From Conidiobolus incongruus B7586 (Eukaryota), in NCBI GenBank assembly GCA_000697335.1, contig JNEM01013441.1, forward strand, positions 1 through 64,000: 64,000 bases of DNA, in the 5' to 3' direction. The notes beneath the pieces were generated by a model. It made no database searches. It was not told where the DNA came from and was given only the letters and a program-made list of their open reading frames with translations. The translations under genes and the position numbers were made by a program. This document shows, piece after piece, positions 37,054 through 51,199 of this stretch (position 1 is the first letter of the stretch; each line of letters opens with the position of its first letter).

Positions 37054-40000
37054 ATGAGTTTTGATAAAATTCCACCAGCTATCGACCTTACCAGTGAGAG
37101 TGGTTCTGATTCTGAAGTTGAAAAAACCAAAAATACTGAATTGAATAAAAATAATAATAAACCTACTTCTAGTTTCTTCGAAAATACTTCTACCAGCATT
37201 AATAGCACTCAGCCTTTTCAATTTGGAGGTACAGTTTCTACTACGGGTAATTTCAACTTCTTCGGCAATAACAAACCTGTAGATCTTTCCAAGCCCAGCT
37301 ATGATAAATTAAGCCAAGCTTCACCCATTGTAACAAAACTATCGACCATATCAGAAACTCCTAACTCTGTCCCAAAGAGAAATAAATGCGACGATGCCTC
37401 TATCTCCGACAATGATACTGACAGTGACAAAGGTGATAAGGAGCCTAAAAGGACCAAAGTTCAATCAAACCTTTCAGAATTCAAAACGAGTCTCAAGAAG
37501 GAACTTCATATATCTAAAAAAGATGGTCATCAAAGAATTGCAGATATTACAAAGTATATACGAAATATATGATTTTAAACTTGTTGACCAATTCATCCAT
37601 TTTTAGGGTTAAAAAATATTGGGGATCATTTGCTCACAATCCTCAACTTCAATCACATGCATTGTATAGTGGAAATGCCCAACCTGATGTAAATATAAAT
37701 ATCTCAGTTTTTAAATATAATATTCTTATAATTATTTAGAAAAAATTCATTGAACCTTCTTTAAAATTTGTCGAATATGCAAAATATAGTAAAGCTCACC
37801 TTCAGGTAATTCAATAATTTTGTATATTTTGGAATACATCTTAAATTTTAACTCTAGCTTATGGATTTATATCATCAAACATTTGATAACCTTGAAGATC
37901 AATGTTCCGTCAAAGCTTGTAGAAATTCGTAAGCTTTTAAAGATGACGTCATTTTTGATCTATTATTAATTAATCATTACATAGATCGGATAATGAAGAA
38001 TTTTACTTATCTAAATTAATTTCTTTTACTGAAAGTTACTCATCTGCTTTGGACCAAATTTGTATGACTAAGGAGGTAACCATACATTTAAAATTGATTT
38101 TAATTAGATTTTAATCAAGATTTCAGGAATCTGACGATGATCAAAACATCACTGAAAAATATACTCAAACTTTAATTGATCAATATAAACGTTATTTTTC
38201 TTTGGTTAAATATCGTCTTTTTCCAAAGAGTTTTCCTGCCAAGTGGTTCCATGAATGGTACCATCAGTATCCCAATGGTAATATTCATTCAAAAATTATG
38301 AATACATTTTATTTATTATTCATTTAGATTTTAGCAAACAACTGATCAATATGATTCAAACTGAAAATGAAGTTCCTGAATTTGTTGTTGAGCAAATCAT
38401 TCCTAGGTAAAATTTTAATGATTTAACATTACCCAATTAGCCTAATATCATCAAATAGACTCATATTCCATCGTGATATAAGCTCTGCTTCGATTATTTT
38501 GGATTTAGTTAAATCTGATATTGCTAGCTGCATAAGGGTAATTACTCACAGAATTGATTCATGTCATTTCACTAACCCTCAATTTTAGGCAATCTTATCT
38601 CAATATCCTGATCCATACAATTACGAAAATTCTTACCAACAATCATTCTTCCAATGGAAAGAATTTTGCCAGTAATATTTTCGAATTCATTATTATAATA
38701 TTTACAAATTAATCATCAAACTTTAGAAATATTAAAGCACAATTTGATAAATCTAACCTGACACCACCCAAAACTGCACTATATACCTTACTTAAACTTT
38801 TTGCTTCCCCAATCGAAAATACTCAAGCAGGAAGTGAAGCTAATTTGAAGCTAATCGAAAAATTAACAACTTGTTGGGAAGAAGGAATTGCTGCTATTTT
38901 GTATTATAGTAGACCTGAAATTAGCAATGCCTCACTAGGGTAAATTTATATTTGCATAATATATTAATTTACAGTAATTAATATTAATTCGTTTAGATCC
39001 ATTACTAAGTTGGCTCAAAAAATTATCATTCGTCCCAATAGACCCATCTTTACATTGGATTATGCCATCTCTTCATTACTTCGAAATGACTGGATTAGGG
39101 TAACCCAACTACTTATCAATTTTGATAATATATTAATGGAATTAATTATAGTCTTTAACAAATTGTGCATCACATAATTTGGCCATTTCATTACACATCA
39201 CGGATCTAGTATATAGAAGATCTTTATTAAATGAAAAATGGACCAAAGATGCCGCAATTAACAAGTAAGATCTCCTGAAGGTCGTCACTGATAAAAATCT
39301 CATCATTTATGTTTAGAAATGAATTTCTGGATTTTAAGCAAAGATTGGCTCAAAAATACTTCATTCAAGAGTTAACTTACTATCCTATCAGTCGTGAGAT
39401 CGCTTACTCTTATTTGAGAGTAGGGGGTAAACATTGTGAAGCTGCTTTTAATGAAGTAATTTCATATATTTTAGTCATAAAAATCACACTAATTATTGAT
39501 CTATAATAGATTTTATCACATATGCCAGTTTCTCAGTTAGAAACTCTTCCCAAATTTGACAATGATTTCAGTTTGGATTTCCAATATCGCCAATTAATTG
39601 AAAAGGTATATCCAGCTCGTGTCCAACTTAAATTCAGATATATTGATGATGATTTTAGAATTTAGGATATCGTTACCTTCATAAAAGAGATTACCTTGAA
39701 GCTTTAAAGCACTTTTACTCATCTCGAGATGAAGAAAATATCATTAAAGTACTTACAGAAATGTTTCAGTCTGAATTCGTCAAAGAACAAGGTAATAACT
39801 AAAGGTATTTCATAACAATCTTGATATTTATGACTATTTAGGAAATTATATCTCTCAATTGAAAGATTTATACCCCGACACACCTGATTTGGTTGCACAA
39901 ACACCCTATTTAGCTTGCATGGTCTATTTTTCTCATTATGTACATCACGTCAAAGTAATATTTTTAAGAATAGTTTTTTATATTTATTAATTAACTATGA

Positions 40001-40424
40001 TTTTAGACTAAAGACTATTCCAATGCTTTACTCTATTTGAACTTTATTATCTCACAGCCCTTGGTTCCATTGTTCATTATTCCTTCCATATTTGAGCTAT
40101 TTAAACCATGGCTTCAAGGTAATATAAGAATTTGAACACACAAAGTATGATAGCTAATGTGAATTTAAATAATTAGACCCCAACATCCGAATTCCTAACC
40201 AGTTGTCATCATCCTTCATATATTTAATTAATTCAATTTCCACAAATATTGAATTACAAAATGAAGTATTTCGATTTACCTCGAATCCCAAACGAGTAAT
40301 TACCCTCTACGAATTCAACAACTGGACTAAGTTCTTTAAAAACTGTTTAACCAATTATCAATCTAATCACACCCCCAAATCGGTGAATGTACATCCGAGA
40401 ATCGTTAAATTTAATACTAATTAA
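37054..40424 (+). CDS. Large intron-rich helical protein, probably nucleoporin Nup85-like
   Basis: Roughly 18 GT-AG exons. Low-complexity N-terminus, then helical motifs (WKEFC, CWEEGIAAILYYSRP, HYITDLV, REIAYSYLRVGG...ILSHMP) reminiscent of Nup85. The gene is well supported; the product call is tentative. Confidence 0.5.
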
Positions 40425-40468
40425 ATAGTTATATAATAAACGTTTATATTTATTATTTATAATATATT

Positions 40469-41601
40469 TTAAAATGGTACTTGGCATATTTCACATTGAT
40501 TTGAATTCATTGAATTTAGAAATGTACAGGATTTGCATGTCCAATGAGTTTCCAATTGAGATCGATCAATTGATTTAATATTATTGCATATTTTGCACTG
40601 TAAATGAAGTGAGGAATTTTTAAATGTACACATATTACACTCCCATTCTACTTTCGCTAAATCATTACTACTAATACTTGTCAAATGCTTCTTAACTATT
40701 GAAACAATCATTAAATCGTTATCTTTTGTCTCCTGAGAATCATTGTCATTCATAATTTTTTCATCCATCAACTTTGAATTTCTATTTAACAGAGTACCAC
40801 AGACTTCATTAGCATTCTGTCTCAATTGAGCGGCGAAATAAACTTTCCACTTCAAACTTCCATCTGTAACCTCACTTCCACCTAATCGATAGCCTTTACC
40901 AGAGAATGATTTGAAAGTGTTAATCTTAACAGTTTCCAAGTTAGGATTCAATAACCCTATCTTTGTCTCTTTATATATTAGACTCATAAATTCATCTTCC
41001 AATTCCTTTAATAAAGCGTAAAAGTTTTTGTTGTGATCACTATGAACTGGAAAGAAATTAAATGAAATTAAATATTATGAAATTTCAAAGATTTACCAAT
41101 ATGAGCCAATCTAAAAATATTTATATAATTAATATTAATACAGCAAAATCAAATAATTTGATTACTCGTGTAATAGAGTACCCATACATTCTTCATATGG
41201 TAAAAATTCATCCTTGTTGGCGTGGGATCTTAACCTAATTGAAATTGTTATCACTCTGCCAAAATTGGTACCTAACCAGGTAAATATTAATAGAATTAAA
41301 ACAATAACATTTTATGTAATATACCTAATAAATATTTATTTTTGGGATAAAATTCCTTTAAATTTTGAATCCTCCAATTTCTTTTGGTTAATATAGGTTC
41401 AACCTAAATGAGTGCAATTAAAACATGAATAGGATTAATAGTTTTGCAATTTACTTGTTTCGCCATAGTCATTAACCTCTCTTGAGCCTTTTCGCAATTA
41501 TTGTAAGATTTTAAGCAAATAATGGACCCGAAATAATCCGTGAATTGTGGCTCTATCTTCAGTTTGGCTTTAGAAAATGATCTTTTACTAGATTTTGGCA
41601 T
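40469..41601 (-). CDS. WSS1: Wss1-like WLM metalloprotease (DNA-protein crosslink repair) with two RanBP2-type zinc fingers
   Basis: LKEFYP, IRLR, FLPYEECMGTLLHE/LAHI/VHSDHNKNFY (HExxH...H), SHP-like FSGKGYRLGG, WECNMCTFKN...CKIC and WTCKSCTFLN...CEIC. Confidence 0.85.
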
Positions 41602-43190
41602 GATTAATTATTGGAAATAAAGTTTGATTATTGATTAAATTATATTTCTTTCGCTCAATTTAAAGTCGCGATTAAATTTTTGAAATATTATGGGAATTGA
41701 AAACTATAAACTTCAATAATTCTTTATATATTTGATATTTTTCTTAATTTTATCCTATAATAATAACTTCAATTAAAATCAATTTTCAAATGCTAATCTG
41801 TCTAAGTGCCATTTAACCAAAATAATTCTTTAAATAATACAAATAATAAGCTGCCCCAAGGATCCAGTACAACTATTATATAAATTTAAACCATTAATTA
41901 TTTCAAATTAATGTAAAAATTCTAATATTTCACATTAATTATCAAATCATTGTTCAGCAGTTTCTTTGATATATATGAATCTTTAGCATTTAAAAAATCG
42001 TAATATATGATGCGATATTCTATATCATGTTATGTTTGATATTTATTTTGTATAAATATTATAAAACAAGCACATATAGGTTATTCATGAATTCAATATT
42101 TTGATAAAACACTCTTTACAGATTAATTTGATATCTCAATTTATTGATAAATATTTATTAAATTAGCTAAAAATTTTTCTATTCAAATTTTTTTCAAATT
42201 TAGTTTATAATTTTTTATAATTTTTTTAATTCAAAATAATCAAAAATTTTAAGTGTTATAATCTATCTAAAAATAATTATAATTCATTAAATAGATACCA
42301 TATAAAATCTATTCTATTATTATCCTCATATAATTAAATATCAATATCCAAATAATTTTTTATATAAACTCAATTAATTTGCGGGAAATTTGAGCAGCTT
42401 CTTATATTTCAATATAAAATAAGATATTCTAATATTTATTAATTTCAACTATATAAGCTTTAGAATCAAAACCTGATATCAGTTCATCATTTTGTAATTA
42501 TAAATGATATAACCTTTGAAAAATATACCTAATTCTAGCCTTAACATTCAAAAAGATATAAATGACTTAAAGGAGTCAAATGAATTTTACAATTTCAAAC
42601 TTGATACCTACCAATTATACTCTTTCTATTAATATATCCATATTCTAGGATAGTTTAAATATTTTTAAGTTTTAACAAAAATAGATATTACTAATCATAC
42701 ATGTAATAATATTTCAAATCAATTATATATTTCTTTAAATTGTCAATTTAGAGGTGTTTCTTGTAATTTAATAATAAAATGTGCTTGATTGCTTGTGATG
42801 AAAAAAGGTATAAATTCAAATAATATTGAAATTAATAGTTATAAATATCGAGAATAGTGACTTATGATAATAGTTAAAAAATGAATAGGATAAAAATACT
42901 TCAAACATCAGTATTAGTTTATTTAATAATTATGTAATATGTGATATTTATTCATATTATTAAGTTATAGGTATTATGGAATATAAATTGTTAAATATTC
43001 TCAAGTCACTTATTCGTCATCAAATTTGTTCTCATCAGTTCGTAAATAAATAATATCCAAATGAATAATTATTAACCAATCATCAGCATTATTCTAGCAA
43101 ATTCCAAAAACGTATACCCAAAATGAATAAAAATCATAAACTTTCATTTGAATATCTCTTTATTAATTACATTAATCCCAAATAGTAGAA

Positions 43191-44374
43191 ATGTCTGACA
43201 ATAATCAATTAAATTTAACTATTAAATTATCTAACGATACTAGATATTCGGTAACTATCGATTCTACATCTAGTGTAAAACAACTAAAAGAAAAAATTGA
43301 TGAAGAACACGCTATCTCAGCTGAAAGACAAATTTTAATCTATTCCGGCAAAGTTTTAAAGGATGAAGAAATTTTAAAGGATGTTAAAATTACCACTGGT
43401 CAAACTATTCATCTCGTTAAATCTTCTAAGACCTCAGGTAATTATTACTTTATTCTTACTATATATTGAGTTATTTAATTTGTTTAATATAGGTAGTTCT
43501 TCTGCTTCTAAGCCCGCTGAAAAATCTGCTCCTACCTCTGAATCTAACACTTCTAGTACCGCTGCTAGTAATATTCATTTCAATATTATATTCAGCTTTA
43601 ATTTCTTATTTTAATTTTTAGCTACCACTCAATCCCAAACCCAAACTCAACCTCAATCTCAATCCAATTTATTTGGTGCCTTTGGTCCTAATCCTTTTGG
43701 ACAAAACAACAATGCCAACAATAGCAATCCTTTAGGTAAATTTAAATATTCTTAAGTATTTATTCAAAATTTAACAATTATACGTAGGTGGATTCAATCC
43801 TGGTCTCTTTGGGGATTTAGGTGCCAATCCTTTTGGCAACGCTGGTGGTATGGGAGGCGCTCCAAATTTACAGGGCATGCAGCAAATGATGAATAATCCA
43901 GAAATTATGAATATGATGACTTCTATGTTAGCCAACCCCGAAATGGCTCGTTTAGTTATCAACAGTAATCCTCAGCTTCAAGCTATGGGAGTCACACCTG
44001 AAATGCTCAGCAGTATGGTCACAAATCCTCTCTTCCAATCGCTTATGGCCAACCCTGAAATGGCTCGCTCTATGGCTCAATTCTCAGGCATGGGCAATCC
44101 CTTTGGTGCTAACCCTGGTGCTAATACTGGTGATAACCAAAATTCTAACAGTACTGAAAACCGCTCCCAAAATCTTGCTCAACTCTTGTCTCAAATGCCC
44201 CAACTTGGCTCTGCTGCCTCTCAACCTGTTTCTAACCCCGAAGAAAGATATCAGAACGAATTGGCCCAACTCAGGGAGATGGGATTCACTGATCCTGTTA
44301 AAAACGTAAGAGCTCTTTTAGCATCTGGAGGTGATGTTAATTTGGCTATTGAGTATTTATTCAATCAACCTTAA
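43191..44374 (+). CDS. DSK2: Ubiquilin / Dsk2 (UBL-STI1-UBA), 4 exons
   Basis: UBL domain (ERQILIYSGKVLKD), Met/Asn-Pro STI1 repeats (NPEMAR), UBA domain (PEERYQNELAQLREMGF...GGDVNLAIEYL). Confidence 0.93.
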
Positions 44375-47300
44375 TTGAATTATACAATTGTATTATGAAA
44401 CTTATTTTAATTAACCCAAATTTCAGTATAATTCGCTACATTATCTATCATACTCTATCATAATTTCTATAAAATTCAGATAGTAGATAATATCACTTTA
44501 ATTTTAGATTACTTTCATCTTGATGATTTTTCGATCACTTCATTCCACATATAAGCTTTTCAATTTATAAAAATATCCATAAAATAATCGAGTTTATAGA
44601 TTTTAACACTATATTTTTAGCTTATAGTATTTTCAAACTACTGTTAATCAATTTATTAATAGGACATTATACCTTTTACTTATTTATCTTATTATCACTC
44701 TTTTATCGCAATATTTTTTAATACTGTAAATATAATTTCTGATTTTAGCTGAATATTTGAGTTGAATTTTATGATAGACTTCCACTGCTTAACAATTTTG
44801 ATTATTTTATTTATTAATTCTATTACACATTCCCAAATCTACTACATCCTTTAGGTTTTTTTCTGACACCAGTTATCATTTGGTATGATTTAAAATTTAT
44901 TTCAATATTAGTACACAATTTAATTGATTATATTATTTGAATATAAATTATAGTTGATAATCATATGTATAAATTAAACATTTATATAACTCTCGTCCTT
45001 ATATTCTTGTTGAGAAAATTGAAAATCTTATTAAGCTAACATAATTAATCTAATGAAATGAAAAAGATCAATAAAATTGGATAATTCACTCCAATACTAT
45101 GTTTAATTTTTCGAATTTAATAAAAGATAAAGTTTATAGCTCTAAGTATAATAATTTAATGCGAATCCAATATATATTGTGACACAGAATGTATTATAGT
45201 GCTTTTTATTGTAATTTTAAAAAAAAATTTATTGGTATACTTTAAATTTAGTTATTATTGTCAATATTATAGTTATAAATTATATATAATTATTAAATTT
45301 TAAAAATTAAAATTATAATTTATAAATATAGTAAACTTGATATATTTTAATAATTTTAATTACACTATAATACTTAATTTTTATATTTGAATCATAGAGT
45401 TGATTGAATATTAAAATAAATTAACTATTAGGTCAAAATATATAAATTAAAATTAAATATTATTTTATAGAATTTATAACTAAAACAAAAATAATTAAAA
45501 ATGATTTTAAAATATTATATAAATCAATAAATATTATTTATTATTATAATAAATAATTAAAATTTTTAGTATAATAGTTGAAAGACTTGAACAATAAACT
45601 TGAAACGATTTTGTAAATTATATAATAAAAAAGTGACGAGTAACTAACCTATTATAGTGCTTTATTTAATCTTTTTATTTTTTTTCAATTAACTCACTAA
45701 TTTGAAATATTAGTATTGATATATAATATTTAATTAAAAATATTAACATATATTAAGAATTTATAAATAGATAATAATATAAAATAATATTTGAGTTATT
45801 TAAATTATGGTGATAAAGAATTTTAATAGCAATAATCAAAATGTTTAGGTTTTATTATCTCATCCATATTTTAATGTATATAATAGAATACGAATTATAA
45901 TTAGGAGGGTATAATTGATATTATAACTATCAAAGTTAATATAATTGAAGTAATTTTCTAGTTATAAGAATAAAAATTAGTATTTTTTTTGATTATTAAT
46001 CATTTAAATTTATTAAAAAGAATATATAAATTGAAAATTTTAATCTTATAATTAAATTTAAGAAAAATATTTAAAAATATAATTATATAATATAAAAATA
46101 TTATTTATCCTTATAATATATTGATGAAATAATAAAAAAATCTAATTAAATTTAATAAACATAATATTGTAATTTATTTATCTTGAAAATATTAAAAAAA
46201 ATTCAATTATTAGTATTTAATGATTTTTATATATTAAATGAAATATATAGATGTATATCATATTAAAAGGTGTTATAAATTTAATATTTCTAAAATTATT
46301 AAAGATTGTGTCTATATCTATTTAAAGTACTCAAATGAATTATATAATTTTTCATATTTTACATTGATTCATAACTTGGCCACTTGTTTCATTTTGATAA
46401 AGTATTATAAATATAAACCTAAATATTAATTGTGGCAAAGGAATGGATTTGAGTTGTAACTATTGACGTTTTATTTAATTTGTAATAAGTTTACTGAATA
46501 TATATAATTTAATTGTAATATAATCAAAAATATAATAAGATATTCTCATAATAATTTATAACATTATAATTTATCTGAATAAAATAAAAATTATTATTCA
46601 ATATACTGATATTTTAATATAATTTAGTAAATGTTTATATTCAAAAAAGTGTTATATTAGAGGCAAAGTTAAATTACCATTGTTATATTCAAAATTAATT
46701 TTAATTAGCCATAAAGATAAAAGATTATCTAAAATAATAAAATTATGATTTTCAAAAACAAAAAAAATGACTAATTCATTTTATATATCCTTTTTTAACT
46801 TTTCTCAGTTGAGAATTATTTATATTATTTTTATAAAATATTTTTTAATTTTGAATATTTAAAGAAAAATAAAATTAATTACTATTAATAATTTTTAATT
46901 AATTATCAATAATTTAATTTTATATTATTATTATAAACCTTTAAAATAAATTAAATTAACAAGAAATAATATTAAAAGATAATTTAAACTTATTAATAAA
47001 TGAATCAAAACTAAATTTATGATTTAAAAAAACCTTGATAAAAAATTTAATAAATTAATATAATATATTTTTAATTTAAAATTGTTTAATATTTGAATAA
47101 ATTAAATTTGAAAAATTTTAAATAATAATTTTTATTTATTTTTTAAATTTCCTATTATAAATTATTTTATTTTCTGATATTTCAAAATATATTATAATTT
47201 AACCCTTTTGATACTATCTATTATTCAATATTAATTTAAATTTTGAATGGATAATTAATATATTTTTTAATATATTCATTTAATTATTATTGAATTAATT

Positions 47301-50300
47301 TTAATTTCTCTTTATATATTTTAATCAAATAATAAATAATAAAATTAAATTAATCAAATTAATATCTTTTTATTAAAAAAAAGATATTATTGATAAAAAT
47401 AAATATATTAATTTTATCAAATTAAATAATTATTTATATTATAATTATATTTAATTTATAAAATTATAAATAATTAGTTTCTAAATATATATATATAATA
47501 AATTATCTTAAAAATATTATATTTTGATTCAAGTTCTTTTAGAGATATTTAAGGTTATAACAAAAAAAATCATAAATATTGATATATAAAATATATATTA
47601 CTGACTTATAATTCTAAAAATTAATATTAGTTATTTTTTTATGATTTGTTAATATTGACTATTTGTTTTATTATCAAATAAATAAAAGTATTTATTATAT
47701 ATTATGAATATATATTTGAATATTAAATATATAATATTTTGATTTATTTTCAAATATATATATATATAATATTAAAAAAAATAATGATATTAAACAAAAA
47801 ATATTAAAAATAAGTTATTATATTATATTTAAGTTTCATTTGATTTTAATCAACTTAATTTTAAATTTATTATTATTCATTATTTAAAAGTTGGGTTTAA
47901 GAGAATTTTATATAGCTTTTATCCCCTGATAGTTTTGCAAAATTGAATTTATTCTAAATGTTTATTCAAAAACATGTCCACATATTATAAATAATTCAAT
48001 ATTCAACTATTAATTTTGAGTATCGCTATATCCATTGTAAAACATATTTTTGTTAGTGAATTTTATGATATATAATAATAATTAAAGAATGCCATTTATT
48101 ATAGAGTACAATATTTAATTTTATCATATGTTTTTGATATTAATACGTCAAAATTAATAATGCCTAAGAATTCGAAAACATAACTTTTGAAATTGACTGT
48201 ACAGTTGAATAAATCCAAAATTAGTATTATTATTATTATTATTAGTGCAGAAATTAAGTAATGGCACAATTTTAAAATTAAAATTAAACAAATAAATTAA
48301 TAAATAATAATTAAAATTGAATATATATATATAGTTTGAAAATATTTATTTTCCTATATATTTTATATATATATAATCTTTCAAAATGTATAATATGTTT
48401 GAAAGATTGGAAATTAAAAAATTTGCCATTTCTTAATTTCCATACTAATATTATTCAATACAAAAAATTTTCAAGTGAATATGACACAACTAAATATTTA
48501 AATTTCAAAATAAAATAAAAGCATATAAATATAGGTTATATATTAATTCATATTAGATCTAAGTAATGATCTAAAAATATAACAATTCTATTAGCATTAG
48601 TAAATTAATATTCATATATTATATGTTTAAATTAGACGTTGTTAAATCTTGTTAGATTTTATAAATTATATTTAATCAACTTACAATTGAAATTATAAAA
48701 AAATTAAATGAGTTGCTTTATTTTGAAGGTAAGTTTTAATAATCAAGAAAACCCACGTTTCAGTAAAATTTATAAGTTTCAAACTAATCAATTCACATTA
48801 TTCAAGAAATTTCTGATAATAAACAATTGATTTTATTTAAAAATTTTAATATTTATTAATAGATTTTTCAATCTATATGAATTTCAAAATATATATTTAT
48901 TATTCTTGTAATATTCAAGAAATCCAGGCTTTATACCATGTTTAAGAATGATAAAACCATTACAATCATTTACTTTACATCCTATAGTATTTATTAAGCC
49001 TTACGTGCCTTAATTTTTAACCAAATTTGTCTATTACAAATTTGGATATTGGCTAGATAAACAAATACTTAATTGTACTTTTCAACCAAGAAATTGATAT
49101 AACAGCTATCAAAATATATACTCTAGACCCTTAAATATATATAAATTCTTTCGATTTTTTATTTTGTTACAAACTAATTTGCTTTCAATGAGGTTAAGGT
49201 CATTCCAAAGTAACTATTAGTTTTTACATCTCTAGAGTTAATTAAAACTGATATATTTAAATTTGAAGGGTAGAAATGATTTGTTAAAAATATTTAAAAA
49301 TATAAGAAATAGTAATTTATCAATATTTAAGGAGGTATAAAGAATGATGTAAGAAAAATTCAATAATTTTTAGTTAAATTGATTTTTATTATGGGATAAT
49401 TTAATTGTAATTTACTTGAATTATTAAATAATTATCTTAATCTCATATTTTAGTAAAATAAATAATTACTATAATTGGATTAAATAATTAATTTATTAAC
49501 CAGTAATTATTAGCTATTATTGTATTTTATATTTAGTTCATCTTTAATAATATAAATATTTACTATATTCGTTAAAATATTTAATTAATAAATTACTCTA
49601 ATAATTCTAGTATATATATGAATAAGTGAGTTTTTAATTTACTATAATTTAAATCTTTTATTTATTTTTTATTTTTTATTTTTTAAATAATATTATTGAA
49701 TTATCAAAAAAGTTTTTATTACAAATTAATAGTATGATTTGAATATTTTAAGGAATAAAGATATACTAATGTAATACATTATTTCTAAATATTAATAATA
49801 AAGTTATATTTAATGATAATTTATATTAATTTTATATTATAGCACATTTAGTTTATATATGGGATATAAATTATTTTTTCTTAAAGCCGAAATCATTATT
49901 TATTAGAAAATCAATAATATACAAGTTATGCAAGGATCATTTTGTCAAATAAAATACACATTACCTTAATTAAAATAAATAATACTGAACTAAGAAAATT
50001 CTCATGTGATTGTTTATTAACTTATACAACCAATTTTTTTCTCGAGCTTTTTAAAAATAGATCATATTCCGTCAAATTTGATCCATATTTTTGAATTAAT
50101 TTGACAGTATTCATTAATAATTATTCAATCATTTCTATATTGGCATTGATAGACTAATGTATTTACTCTAATCACTGATTATATAATATATTAGTTTTCA
50201 AATTAATGATGCTTTTATTGACAAAATATATTACATTGAATCAAAAATTAATGAAATATAGCTGTATGTATTGTATAGTTAATTTGACTAGACTACATTA

Positions 50301-51199
50301 AAAGCGACAAGTTATTTCCATTTATAATATGTATAATTGAATTGTTTCACCTTCTATCATAGTTAAAATGATTAAAATTGAATTATGAACTGAAATACTT
50401 TGAAGACAAAGGAATTAATAATTGATCATAAATAATCATCTTCACTCCTTGTATTAATTACTCAATATATCGTAATTTGTTTACTTTAAAGCTCATTAAG
50501 ATTAGATTGATTCAACTGAAATTTTGTTATTTAATCTATATATTTATATAATTTAAGAACACGATAAATTTTTAATTTTAATCATTTAATATTCATTTTT
50601 TATATGAATATATAAAAGGTCAAGTTTTAGTGAATTTTATCTATTAAATAAATGAAATATTATTGCATAGAATTATGTGCTTAAATCATCTGATTTAGAA
50701 AATTTCCTATTTCTATAAATACTACTCATATGATTTAAGTTCAATTCGATTAATTTAAATATTGAATAGTATTTAAACCTGATCATTTACCAATTCCAAG
50801 TTGAATGATCTCATATTAACTGTGTATTCCAAGTACATCATCCATTCAAAATTTGGAATATTAGATACCTTGTCATATACTAATTGTAATTAATTAAGTC
50901 CAATTTTGATTCTCTATCTTTTCATTGAGTAAAAACAATATTAACAGTAAGACAATTTTTTAATTTTTATTCAATGAGATGAAACTATTTATAACCTCAA
51001 AATCAACTTGCTATTTTTCAGACAGTTTTATTCCTAATTCTGATAGAGTTTCCCTTTTAATATTCTTGTTTAATCTGCCATTAATTACCATTGTATTTGT
51101 CTGAGTTTCACTATCCATCATTCCTCAATTCTTTAACATATTAATTAATTCATATATAAATACTTCATAAGACTTATTATTCTGTATTTTAACTAGATT

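Noticed and set aside
45191..45670. Repeated TATTATAGTGCTTT motif as a possible TSD or array
   Set aside because: Only two short AT-rich copies, with nothing element-like between them. No CRISPR-like repeat-spacer array was seen anywhere in the window.
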